From an uncultured Thermoproteaceae archaeon (GTDB lineage: Archaea; Thermoproteota; Thermoprotei; Thermoproteales; Thermocladiaceae), in assembly GCA_964575955.1 (NCBI GenBank), contig CAZNTG010000004.1, positions 1-51,322 on the forward strand: DNA of 51,322 nucleotides, given 5' to 3'. Position 1 is the stretch's first letter; every line of letters begins with the position of its first letter. Below the pieces are notes generated by a model. It made no database searches. It was given only the letters and a program-made list of their open reading frames with translations, and was not told the DNA's origin. Both the position numbers and the translations under genes were made by a program. This document shows positions 28,865 to 38,473 of the stretch, one piece after another.

Positions 28865-31800
28865 ATGTACTCCAAACTACTACTAATAACCGCATGTCTA
28901 CTACTACTCACCATAATAACAACATGCTATGCTACTGTAATAGCAGCCATAGTAAAGATAGAACCTCTAAATGTGCCTGCAGTATATATAAATAATACAC
29001 ACTCAATAACAAAATTAAAACAGTTCATAAATGTGACAATAAATGCAACCGCATTTGTAAGTGCAGCTGTAGCTGCAGCCGGTGTATCGGCTACAGCAAC
29101 AATTAATATAACATTTCCAACAGCCTATGTAACATTTCCTAAAGTTATAAAATTTGAATCTCTAACTCAGGGTGCATCATGTACAATAAATAATCTAACT
29201 AGTGTAGGTGTACTTCAGCTTGTATGTACGGTAGTGATAACAGGAGTACCCTCAGTTAATACTTCATGGAACTACTTCATTTTAGAAACTGTTGAAGAAG
29301 TTAAGAATAATGTACCACCGTCAGGATATTTCACAATTAATACTACGGATATTGGTGGTGTATATTCAGGATACATACCATATTTATCAAACGAACTATA
29401 TAACGAGACTGTGTACAGTGTTGTAGGTTATGTCAATACTGTAAATCAGACTGTTACAACTTTGAATGATACTATACCTATGAAGCTCTATGCTACAAAT
29501 ATAACTTTGATAGATATTGCACCTGCTCCAGTAGTGCTTAATGAGACTATGTATATTAATGAGAGTTCTACATTGACAAATGATATTGCTAGATATTTCG
29601 CTAATTGGCTTAAAAATGCTGTAGATATTTCTAACATATCTTCATGGTTAAAGAATATGATTGAGACAGAATTATCAAATTCGTTTAGTACTAGCCTAGT
29701 ATTTAATATGGCTGTGTATAATACTACAACAACTACACCATCATTAATAACTACAGTACCTGATGTTGGTCCTAGAACAACATATGTACAGCCTGTAACA
29801 TTTACAATGAATCCTAACACGAGGTTGACTACTATTAGCGAATTTGCAAATAGAATACAGGGATTTGTAGCTAAGTATGGTGGTAAGACTTACTACCTGA
29901 TATATACAGGTACTGAAGTTACTACAAATACAACATTGAAAATATACAATCTAACATATTCATCAGCAATACAGGACTATATTGGCTCTGAAACTATCGC
30001 TTGGAAGACGTCAACATTCAAATTCTACCCACCTGGATCATTGTCCGGACATATTCTAGTTGGTGTAAATGTATCAAAACACTACATAGCTCTACCTGGT
30101 GGTAATATAACACTTGTAGTATATGCTAGTGGTGTTGTTGGTAATGCATTTGTCAATGTTACATTTATACCATCAACAATAGTATCACCAATAGGCAATG
30201 TAGGTTTAACATTTTATGGATGTAAGTATGTATATACAGGTCCTGGTGTTGGTGATGGTATTAAGATTAATTGGAATCCAATAACACGTTCAATAACATT
30301 TACAGATGTTGATGAATATGAAGAGGAGATATGTACATTTCATATAGATGCAAGTAATGTACATAATAATACTCTAATAATGATACTTAGCAACATAACA
30401 ATACCAACAACATCAGGAAACTACACATATAGCTATCTAAACTATGTAATACTATACAACAAGTCTGAAAGTACTAGACTTGAATCATCAATATCAGTAG
30501 CAAATACTGAACATACACTATTTAAGATAAATTCGACAATAGTTGCAGAAGATGCATTACCACTAATGTTAGCATTATGGAAAGCAATATACTTACCAAT
30601 ACGCTACATACCATCACCATATAAGCCTGTAGATCACATATACTCAATAACGCCAATATCGAATATTGTAACATTACAAAACGATACTATAAACATGACG
30701 GTCGTTGTGATTAGTAATAGAGATGTTGTATTGAAATTTACAAATATTACACATCTAGACAAATTAACATCTACACCATCAATATCTGCAATATTCTACA
30801 TAAATAAGACTAGTCTAAATGAGACAATACTTGAAAAAATTGAGAAATATCCAAACGTTACTATAGTATTTACTGAATGTTCATCATTTGGATGTTGGAA
30901 TATTACAAAATATCAACTATTAGACATGTTTGCACCAAAGGTAGAGAATTATAACATAACGTTTAGAGTACCTGCAGGTGTTGTATTTAAAGCATTTTTT
31001 GAAAATGGTACATACATAATACCAAACTCAAGCAGCTACATCTACATAGTACTAAACGTAACATCATATAGAGAGACTAGCAGTTACTCACCTGCATATT
31101 TGAAAATACCTGAAGTATATGTAAATGGTAAATCCATATCTGCAGAATGTAGACCTATCAGATTTGTACAAGTTGGTGAATCGGGTATAAATATGACAGA
31201 GATAAACTGTACAATACAGACCACACAGATACAAAATATGAGTACAATATCCATAATGTTGTTAGACAATCTTGGAAGATACTCATGGTTTAACATAACT
31301 ATAGAGAAGGTAGTTGTTGAACCGCCAATAATAGAGAAGTATGATCTCATTAAAGAGGTTGGATATGTCGTCGGTGTTGAGAATATTATTGCAAAAGCAA
31401 GATTTGGAATTTATAGATTTAACATAACGTACATATCACCCATATGTAATAGATCAATATTACTAAGTCCATCAACACTAAACTCATCATACAGACTATA
31501 CCCATGTATTGGAGGTGAATTCGAACTAAATAACACACTTAACATAGGATCATTACCAATAAACATATCTGCAGGAGCTTTAATAGTAGGTTATGGAGAA
31601 ATTATTGCAATACCACCAACAAGATATTCAAACTGTACAATCAACATAACAGCGATAGGATACACATTGAAGAGTAGTACACCAATACTAATACATGTAA
31701 ACTATGGAATAGTACCAGACTGGTACTATATACTGTATCTGCCTAAGGGTTGGGATGCATTTTCAATACCTGGAGTATTAGTAGGAGCATGGAACAACAT

Positions 31801-32284
31801 ATTGACATCACTGAGAGATGTAGTACTATACTCATACTGTATAAATCCAGGTCCTCTAAAAGAGATAAAGCCATGTAATCTAGAGGATGTAAAGCCTATT
31901 AAAGTTGAAGGTTTTACATTAATACCAACAACATTCATAGTATATATAAAGAGGAGCACCGTACTAATAATACCTGTAGTATACTATACAGAGGTTGGAC
32001 TACCATATAGAGAAATAATTTCAATTGAAAAAGGAACATTCAATATAATACCAATAGTACTTCAGAAAGGAACAACTACAAATATAATGAACATAATGAC
32101 AATACCAAACACAGTTGAACTATGGATTTATGCTTGGGATGTTGAGGCTCATAGATTTGTACCAGTAGCAACATACATGTACGGAACATGGTATGCAACA
32201 CCATTTCAAACATACATACCACTAGGAACACCACTAGCAATCTACTCAACAGGTAGTGCGAAGATAGCAATTCTACCAACATAA
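28865..32284 (+). CDS. Large secreted surface/S-layer-like glycoprotein 1
   Basis: Signal peptide, T/N/I/V-rich beta character, very many NxS/T sequons, paralog of next gene. Confidence 0.75.
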   Translation: MYSKLLLITACLLLLTIITTCYATVIAAIVKIEPLNVPAVYINNTHSITKLKQFINVTINATAFVSAAVAAAGVSATATINITFPTAYVTFPKVIKFESLTQGASCTINNLTSVGVLQLVCTVVITGVPSVNTSWNYFILETVEEVKNNVPPSGYFTINTTDIGGVYSGYIPYLSNELYNETVYSVVGYVNTVNQTVTTLNDTIPMKLYATNITLIDIAPAPVVLNETMYINESSTLTNDIARYFANWLKNAVDISNISSWLKNMIETELSNSFSTSLVFNMAVYNTTTTTPSLITTVPDVGPRTTYVQPVTFTMNPNTRLTTISEFANRIQGFVAKYGGKTYYLIYTGTEVTTNTTLKIYNLTYSSAIQDYIGSETIAWKTSTFKFYPPGSLSGHILVGVNVSKHYIALPGGNITLVVYASGVVGNAFVNVTFIPSTIVSPIGNVGLTFYGCKYVYTGPGVGDGIKINWNPITRSITFTDVDEYEEEICTFHIDASNVHNNTLIMILSNITIPTTSGNYTYSYLNYVILYNKSESTRLESSISVANTEHTLFKINSTIVAEDALPLMLALWKAIYLPIRYIPSPYKPVDHIYSITPISNIVTLQNDTINMTVVVISNRDVVLKFTNITHLDKLTSTPSISAIFYINKTSLNETILEKIEKYPNVTIVFTECSSFGCWNITKYQLLDMFAPKVENYNITFRVPAGVVFKAFFENGTYIIPNSSSYIYIVLNVTSYRETSSYSPAYLKIPEVYVNGKSISAECRPIRFVQVGESGINMTEINCTIQTTQIQNMSTISIMLLDNLGRYSWFNITIEKVVVEPPIIEKYDLIKEVGYVVGVENIIAKARFGIYRFNITYISPICNRSILLSPSTLNSSYRLYPCIGGEFELNNTLNIGSLPINISAGALIVGYGEIIAIPPTRYSNCTINITAIGYTLKSSTPILIHVNYGIVPDWYYILYLPKGWDAFSIPGVLVGAWNNILTSLRDVVLYSYCINPGPLKEIKPCNLEDVKPIKVEGFTLIPTTFIVYIKRSTVLIIPVVYYTEVGLPYREIISIEKGTFNIIPIVLQKGTTTNIMNIMTIPNTVELWIYAWDVEAHRFVPVATYMYGTWYATPFQTYIPLGTPLAIYSTGSAKIAILPT
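31748..32193 (+). repeat. Three exact blocks (31748-31805, 31968-32011, 32122-32193) repeated in the next gene
   Basis: 58, 44 and 72 bp identical to 34576-34633, 34796-34839, 34944-35015. Confidence 0.93.
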
Positions 32285-32409
32285 TAAAAATATTTCTTTT
32301 CCTAAAACAATATCTCAATCCTTCTTTTAAAACACTATTTTAAAGTCTAGATAATACCTGAAACAGTAGAGTTACACTTAAAAACTCTACACACTATAAA
32401 AAACACGCT

Positions 32410-35112
32410 ATGAGAAAACTCGCAATTCTAACACTACTAACACTACTAGCAACAATATGCATCATAATACCCTTAGCAAAAGCAACAATAACAACAACAG
32501 CAACAGCATATAACAGCATCATACTCATAGGAGGAAACACATTAAGCATATCCAAAGTAGCAAATATTACACTGACTTCATCAACACCATTAATAAATCA
32601 ACAACTGAACTTAACAATAATACCAATAACAAAGCTACCCGCACAAATAAGATGTGCTGTTGTTTTCAAAAACTCGACATATACATTTGGAACAGCAACA
32701 ATAGTTATAGGTCCGTCAACAATATCAAATAGTACAACTGCAACAGTAACGTACACTACAACGGTATATGTGATTGCATACTGTAATATCACTAACCTAC
32801 CAGTGGGTAAGTATCTATTCAATGTAATATTATTTAACCAGACATCTGGAGAAAAACTAAGTAGTACAGTCGTTGAGAAGGATGTGGAGATTGGTTTGTG
32901 GGTTGATGTTTCTCCACGTTTCATACCTGTTAAAGAGGGTGGTTATGTAACCGTTGTTATCTATGGTAATGGTACTGTTGGTAACGATGTTGTTAATGTA
33001 ACAATACCATCAGGTGTTGAAGCAGTATACTATGGATATAGCTATAAGTATGTTGGTCCTGGTCAGGGTGATGGTGTTACTGTTAATTGGAATCCTGCAA
33101 CAAAGTCACTAATAGTTTCGGATGTTGACCAGTATGAGAAGGTTGTAGCTAAACTATTCCTAAATACTACTAATGTTGGAGTATATGGTATAATTGTAAT
33201 AATTACTACACCGTCAGGATACAAATATAACTATACCATACCAATAGTGTTCTACAATAAGTCTATAACTTTGACATATTCGACAACGTATACTCCAACA
33301 GCAAATCACGAAAACTATACTATCGAGACAACTATACAGTTTGATAATGGTGTACCATCTGGAGTCTTACCATCTGCTAACGAGATTATAGTATATCCAT
33401 ACCTATATAATGGTAGTGTTGTGACTGGTCAGTTAAAGAGTATTAATGTTCTAGAATTTGAGAATCCAACAGTGAAAGCTTCAATGACTATTTTTGCTGG
33501 TAAGGTCTTGCTTGCTAATAAGTCTTTAACAACAACATACATGAACATGTTGACAAGTACACCAACACTTAAGGCAATTATAAATGCTAGCACACTAACT
33601 CCAGAACAGAAAGAAGCTTTAGAAAAGCAGCCAAATGTTACCGTTACTGTAGTAGTATCAGACTCACTAGGTTATAGTAGTAAGACTGTTGAATATCGCG
33701 TACTTGACATATTACCACCACGTATTAGCGGATTTGCATTGAAGTTTAATACTACAAGTGGTCGTGTGTTTAACGTACTTAAGGAGAATGGCATATACAT
33801 AGTTCCAAACACAAGTACGCAATTCATAATGTACATCAACGTGTCAGCATACAGAAATATTAAGCATGATAACGTAACACTACCCTATCCTGTTGCAATA
33901 CTACTACCACCAGTAGCGTACATAAATGGAACAGAGACCACATCTATATCATGTACAATAGAGAAGCCAAACATGACTATTGGAGAGACAGGCGTAAACA
34001 TTACAGAGTTCAAGTGTGTTATAAGTGTTTCTAACCTTAAGGCCTTGAATAACATATCTATAAAGTTCTCAGACAACTGTAGTAGGTATGTATGGTTTAA
34101 CATTACTGTAGAGAAGAAGTATATACCACCACCAACACCACCAACATACACACCTGTAAAGGAGGTTGGATATGTTGTTGGTGTAGCTAACCTAACTGCA
34201 AAATCAGAGATCGGAATATACGAGTATAACATCACCATAATATTACCAAGATCGAACTACACAATACTCATACCGAAATCTGTAATAGATAGATCCGAAT
34301 ATGTGCTATACCTAAGTAATGGTAGTAGCTACGTGCTTGAATCATTACTAACTCCTGGAAATACAACATTATACAGTATGAAGGAGATGTTAAAGAAGAA
34401 TGGAAGTCTAATTGTTGGTTATGGAGAGATTATAGTTGTACCTCCCGCTAGAGTAGAATCTGTTAAGATGATTATAAGAGCCATAGACTATGCTGGAGAA
34501 CAGAGTAATGCTACAACAGTAGAGATATCATATGGAGTAACACCAGACGCCTACTACATACTATACCTACCTGCTGGTTGGGATGCATTTTCAATACCTG
34601 GAGTATTAGTAGGAGCATGGAACAACATATTGAAAGATGTTGCCAAGTATGTAGTCGAAGCATTTAGAATACCGACAGGACCATTCACAATGATAACTCC
34701 ATGTAATCTAGCAACAGCTAAACCTGAAGAAGTTATAGGTTATGAAGTTAAGCCATACACATTCATCGTATATGCATCTAGAGATGCAGTGTTCGTAATA
34801 CCTGTAGTATACTATACAGAGGTTGGACTACCATATAGAATAACAGTGAATGTTAAAGCTGACATGTATAACCTAATACCAGCAGCACTACAACTTGAAG
34901 CAGTAAATATTACAAGAATTGCAATGCCTAGAGAGATGCAAGCATGGATTTATGCTTGGGATGTTGAGGCTCATAGATTTGTACCAGTAGCAACATACAT
35001 GTACGGAACATGGTACACTACAATACCAATGACACTACCAATTGTGCCTCTAGGAACACCACTAGTACTATTCACAGTAGAGTCAGGAACAGTAACAGTA
35101 TTGCCAACATAA
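32410..35112 (+). CDS. Large secreted surface/S-layer-like glycoprotein 2
   Basis: Signal peptide ending AKA, many sequons, shares GPGxGDG..WNP and C-terminal domains with gene 1. Confidence 0.75.
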   Translation: MRKLAILTLLTLLATICIIIPLAKATITTTATAYNSIILIGGNTLSISKVANITLTSSTPLINQQLNLTIIPITKLPAQIRCAVVFKNSTYTFGTATIVIGPSTISNSTTATVTYTTTVYVIAYCNITNLPVGKYLFNVILFNQTSGEKLSSTVVEKDVEIGLWVDVSPRFIPVKEGGYVTVVIYGNGTVGNDVVNVTIPSGVEAVYYGYSYKYVGPGQGDGVTVNWNPATKSLIVSDVDQYEKVVAKLFLNTTNVGVYGIIVIITTPSGYKYNYTIPIVFYNKSITLTYSTTYTPTANHENYTIETTIQFDNGVPSGVLPSANEIIVYPYLYNGSVVTGQLKSINVLEFENPTVKASMTIFAGKVLLANKSLTTTYMNMLTSTPTLKAIINASTLTPEQKEALEKQPNVTVTVVVSDSLGYSSKTVEYRVLDILPPRISGFALKFNTTSGRVFNVLKENGIYIVPNTSTQFIMYINVSAYRNIKHDNVTLPYPVAILLPPVAYINGTETTSISCTIEKPNMTIGETGVNITEFKCVISVSNLKALNNISIKFSDNCSRYVWFNITVEKKYIPPPTPPTYTPVKEVGYVVGVANLTAKSEIGIYEYNITIILPRSNYTILIPKSVIDRSEYVLYLSNGSSYVLESLLTPGNTTLYSMKEMLKKNGSLIVGYGEIIVVPPARVESVKMIIRAIDYAGEQSNATTVEISYGVTPDAYYILYLPAGWDAFSIPGVLVGAWNNILKDVAKYVVEAFRIPTGPFTMITPCNLATAKPEEVIGYEVKPYTFIVYASRDAVFVIPVVYYTEVGLPYRITVNVKADMYNLIPAALQLEAVNITRIAMPREMQAWIYAWDVEAHRFVPVATYMYGTWYTTIPMTLPIVPLGTPLVLFTVESGTVTVLPT
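34576..35015 (+). repeat. Second copy of the three exact blocks
   Basis: Direct base-by-base comparison with 31748-32193. Confidence 0.93.
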
Positions 35113-35286
35113 TCTTAGTGTAAATAGATCTTTCTTTTTATATAAAACTTACATTTTCTTTAATAAATCCTTGTTTTTGTCTTTCTCCTTCTATCCTTTC
35201 ATGTTTATATTTTTCATTGTTTATATATTGTTTAATTGTCTTATCGAAGTGGTAATTCTTAAAAAGTCTTTTATGAAGTATAACGC

Positions 35287-38016
35287 ATGGGTATGAGAAG
35301 TATCCTAGTAGTTGCTATGCTGTTAGCTACATGTCTAATTGCTTTATCGACACTAACTGCATATGCAACGTTAATTACAGGTACTGTCTATGTAAATAAG
35401 TCTGGAACTCTTGTAAAGCTTGGTAATGTTGTCTCACCTAAGTTATTTGTTTTGAAGTTTGTATATTCAGGATTTGTTAAGCCCGTTGAGATATATAGTA
35501 ACTCTACATATATAGTAAATCTGCCTGAAGGTGCTGTTGTGTCAGTATATATAGCACAGGCAATGAATACTTCAAAGGCTGTACAAGCACTATTCTACTA
35601 TTTAGGTATATTAAGTAAGACGTATAAAATACCACCTCAATTTATTGTTGGAGTTCCTATAGGACCGATAAATATAGTTGTCAGTTATTCAGATTTGATG
35701 AAGATTATGCCTGTATTTCCAAAGTTTAAGTTCTCTATAGTTAAGATGTTGCCAGAGACATGTGTTGTAGGTAAGGAGTATACAGTAGAGGTGTTGGTTT
35801 CCAATGTTGGTAATGCTACTGGTACGGCAATAGTGGCACTATATCTGAATAGTACACTTGTAAAGTCTAGGAAGGTTAACGTAGCTCCAGGGAAGTCTGT
35901 CACTGTAGATCTATCAGTAGTATTTAACAAGACTGGTATTTACAATATAACTATTACAGGTAATGGAAAGGCAATACCACCAACACCAACATATGTGAAG
36001 GTTATTAAGATAACAAAGCCTCAATTCAAGGTTGTGAATGTCTCTGTACCAGAGAAATTCTATGTTGGAGTTCCTGGAACTGTAAAGGTCATTGTCCAGA
36101 ATACTGGTACAGTTCCTGTTACAGCAAACATAACAGTATTAGCATTAGTCAAGGTAATAACTGGACTAACAGTAGTTGGAAGAAATAGTACACTAGTATA
36201 CTTAATGCCAGGCGAAACTAAGGTAGTAAGCGTAGAATTGACCTTTGAATCTCCCGGAAAACCAGCATATGTTAAGGTTATTGCAAACAGCACACCACCA
36301 TATGAGAAGGAGTTTCCAATAACACTAGTAGTGCCTCCAGTAACATTGGTGATTGGAGCTGAGAGAAAGTACAAGCTCTATGTAGGCCAAGAATTAACAA
36401 TACCACTAATACTTGTCAACATGACAAAAGTTTACGGTATTAGTGTAAATATTATGTATAATAGGTCAGTAGTGAAGGTATTAAATGTCACGAGAGGCAA
36501 TTGTAGCTTTGCAAAGTTTATGAAACATATAGTTAACGGAACTGTCAAAATAGTAGCTATATCCTTCTTTAAGCCTCTTGGTGTTTACAAATGTGTAATG
36601 TATATGACTATTAAAGCTGTTAATACAGGAGAGACAAGAATATACGGTAATGGAACGATAACCACATATTCTGGAATACCATTACCTATGCATGTTATTC
36701 CAACTACTGTTGTTGTTACTAAGCCTAGTGCTAGAATTGTTGTTGTTAACTTCACAGTTCCACCTAAGGCGTATGTTAATGTTCCGTTTCCTGTTCATGT
36801 AGTTTTGAAGAATGTCGGCACAGTTCCCGGTACTGTGAATGTGACTGTTGTTGCTGATAGTGTTGTGTGTGGTTCAGCAACTGCATATATTAAGCCTGGC
36901 ATGGTTTGGTCTCACGTATTTACATGTAGGTTTACTAGTCCAGGTATACATACTGTCAAGTTGTTACTGAATGGTACTGTTGCTAAGGCAGCAACAGTTA
37001 CTGTATCTAAGATTAGTGTATTAGCATCTATCAAACTAATACCAAAGATGTACGTGTATTGGGCCGGCTACCCAGTAATGGTTACTGTCAGCGTTAAGAC
37101 ACTTGTACCAATCTCTGAGCTAAATGTTACTGTAGTGATGATGCAACCACCATTAAAGCCTAAGGTTGTGATTAGTAGAGTAATTCCATCACCAACACCT
37201 GGCAAGGTGTATAACATATCTAGTAGAGTAATATTACCAACATTCACAACTAAGGGTGCACTTGTTGTATGTGTAAATGGTGCACCTGTAAATGCTACAA
37301 AGTTCATGACTACTGGAGTTGCTGTAATATTGAAGCCATACACATACGAGCTAATATCAGTACCACTAGTACCAAAGTCACCAATACCAAGCATACCAAC
37401 ACCACCACCAACAGGTTCAGCACCAATTAACCTACCAACACTAGAGCAAGTATACTCACTAGCTATTGATGCTGTTACAGGTGAGAAAGTTTCAGGAATT
37501 TGGAACCTAGTACAGATATACTACTACAATACTATAGCTACAAAAGCACCATACTACATACCTTGGAGTCCAACAGCACCAGTTAGACCAGGTATGGGAT
37601 TTGTAGTATATTCAACATATCCAGACACAGTAGTACTAATAATGCCAATCAATGTAACAGAAATGAGTCCAAAGGAGATTATGGCATTAATACACTACTC
37701 ACTAGCAGTAGCATATGTACCATTCCCAGGAACAACAGCAGGCTGGATGATTGCAGGACCAATAGGACTTACACCAATCAAGCTACTACCATCACCTGTA
37801 GAAAATGTAACACTATACTACACAGAGTCAAAGACGTCTGAGAAATGGACAACAATAATACCAGTAACAGTTGGAGATTACGTAGTTCCAGGTAAGGGAT
37901 ATTGGATATTCTGGAGTATAGTAACATATCACGCAATTCACGGTAATATGAAGATGTATCTAGGGCAGATGTTTAAGATGATTCAAATGTTGAAAGGAGG
38001 AAAAGTAGTGACATAA
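35287..38016 (+). CDS. Secreted protein with CARDB-like Ig repeats and a cohesin-like domain
   Basis: Three V.V.N.G repeats (SNVGNA, QNTGTV, KNVGTV); VGQELTIP..YGISVNIMYN..V..G cohesin-like segment; Pro-rich linker; PGKGYWI C-terminal motif. Confidence 0.72.
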   Translation: MGMRSILVVAMLLATCLIALSTLTAYATLITGTVYVNKSGTLVKLGNVVSPKLFVLKFVYSGFVKPVEIYSNSTYIVNLPEGAVVSVYIAQAMNTSKAVQALFYYLGILSKTYKIPPQFIVGVPIGPINIVVSYSDLMKIMPVFPKFKFSIVKMLPETCVVGKEYTVEVLVSNVGNATGTAIVALYLNSTLVKSRKVNVAPGKSVTVDLSVVFNKTGIYNITITGNGKAIPPTPTYVKVIKITKPQFKVVNVSVPEKFYVGVPGTVKVIVQNTGTVPVTANITVLALVKVITGLTVVGRNSTLVYLMPGETKVVSVELTFESPGKPAYVKVIANSTPPYEKEFPITLVVPPVTLVIGAERKYKLYVGQELTIPLILVNMTKVYGISVNIMYNRSVVKVLNVTRGNCSFAKFMKHIVNGTVKIVAISFFKPLGVYKCVMYMTIKAVNTGETRIYGNGTITTYSGIPLPMHVIPTTVVVTKPSARIVVVNFTVPPKAYVNVPFPVHVVLKNVGTVPGTVNVTVVADSVVCGSATAYIKPGMVWSHVFTCRFTSPGIHTVKLLLNGTVAKAATVTVSKISVLASIKLIPKMYVYWAGYPVMVTVSVKTLVPISELNVTVVMMQPPLKPKVVISRVIPSPTPGKVYNISSRVILPTFTTKGALVVCVNGAPVNATKFMTTGVAVILKPYTYELISVPLVPKSPIPSIPTPPPTGSAPINLPTLEQVYSLAIDAVTGEKVSGIWNLVQIYYYNTIATKAPYYIPWSPTAPVRPGMGFVVYSTYPDTVVLIMPINVTEMSPKEIMALIHYSLAVAYVPFPGTTAGWMIAGPIGLTPIKLLPSPVENVTLYYTESKTSEKWTTIIPVTVGDYVVPGKGYWIFWSIVTYHAIHGNMKMYLGQMFKMIQMLKGGKVVT

Positions 38017-38065
38017 CAGGAAGCTAGGTCATAAATATAAACTAACTTCAAAAAACTTCTTTCTC

Positions 38066-38419
38066 ATGAATAAAATCTCCACAATCTTTCTCATTCTCGT
38101 ATTTCTCATCCTCTCAATACTTTCCCAATCTATACTATCTTTATCAAATATTTCTATTCCACCTCCACCATCTAAATCAAATATTTATAAGGGTAAAAAT
38201 CTCACACAGATATATAATAAGATTCTAAATGTCACATATGGAAAAGGTGTTACAAATATTACTAAAACTCAAAATAAGACAGCTCTAACTACAAGTGTCG
38301 TTGTAGGTCGTGGTAAGTTAAATCTCACTACTAGTCTACTAGTAGTAGGTATTGTATGTATAGTTGTGATAGTTGTTGTAAGTGTGGTAGTGATAATATT
38401 TGTTAGAAGGAGGAGATAG
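38066..38419 (+). CDS. Small membrane-anchored glycoprotein
   Basis: Signal peptide, sequon-rich spacer, C-terminal TM followed by RRRR. Confidence 0.7.
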   Translation: MNKISTIFLILVFLILSILSQSILSLSNISIPPPPSKSNIYKGKNLTQIYNKILNVTYGKGVTNITKTQNKTALTTSVVVGRGKLNLTTSLLVVGIVCIVVIVVVSVVVIIFVRRRR

Positions 38420-38422
38420 GTA

Positions 38423-38473
38423 ATGATGTATCCTAGACCAGTCTGACTTGTTGATGATAAATCTGGGTTCTGA
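38423..38473 (+). ncRNA. Box C/D guide sRNA 10 (tRNA-directed)
   Basis: ATGATGT-ATCCTAGACCAGT-CTGA-cttg-TTGATGA-TAAATCTGGGTT-CTGA filling the gap between convergent stop codons. Confidence 0.88.

Noticed and set aside
31748-35015. Diversity-generating retroelement TR/VR pair
   Set aside because: Both copies lie in full genes, differences are not adenine-specific, and there is no reverse transcriptase in the window
28708-38473. Surface-protein cluster as an element integrated at tRNA-Pro
   Set aside because: No integrase and no duplicated tRNA 3' end seen at the far boundary
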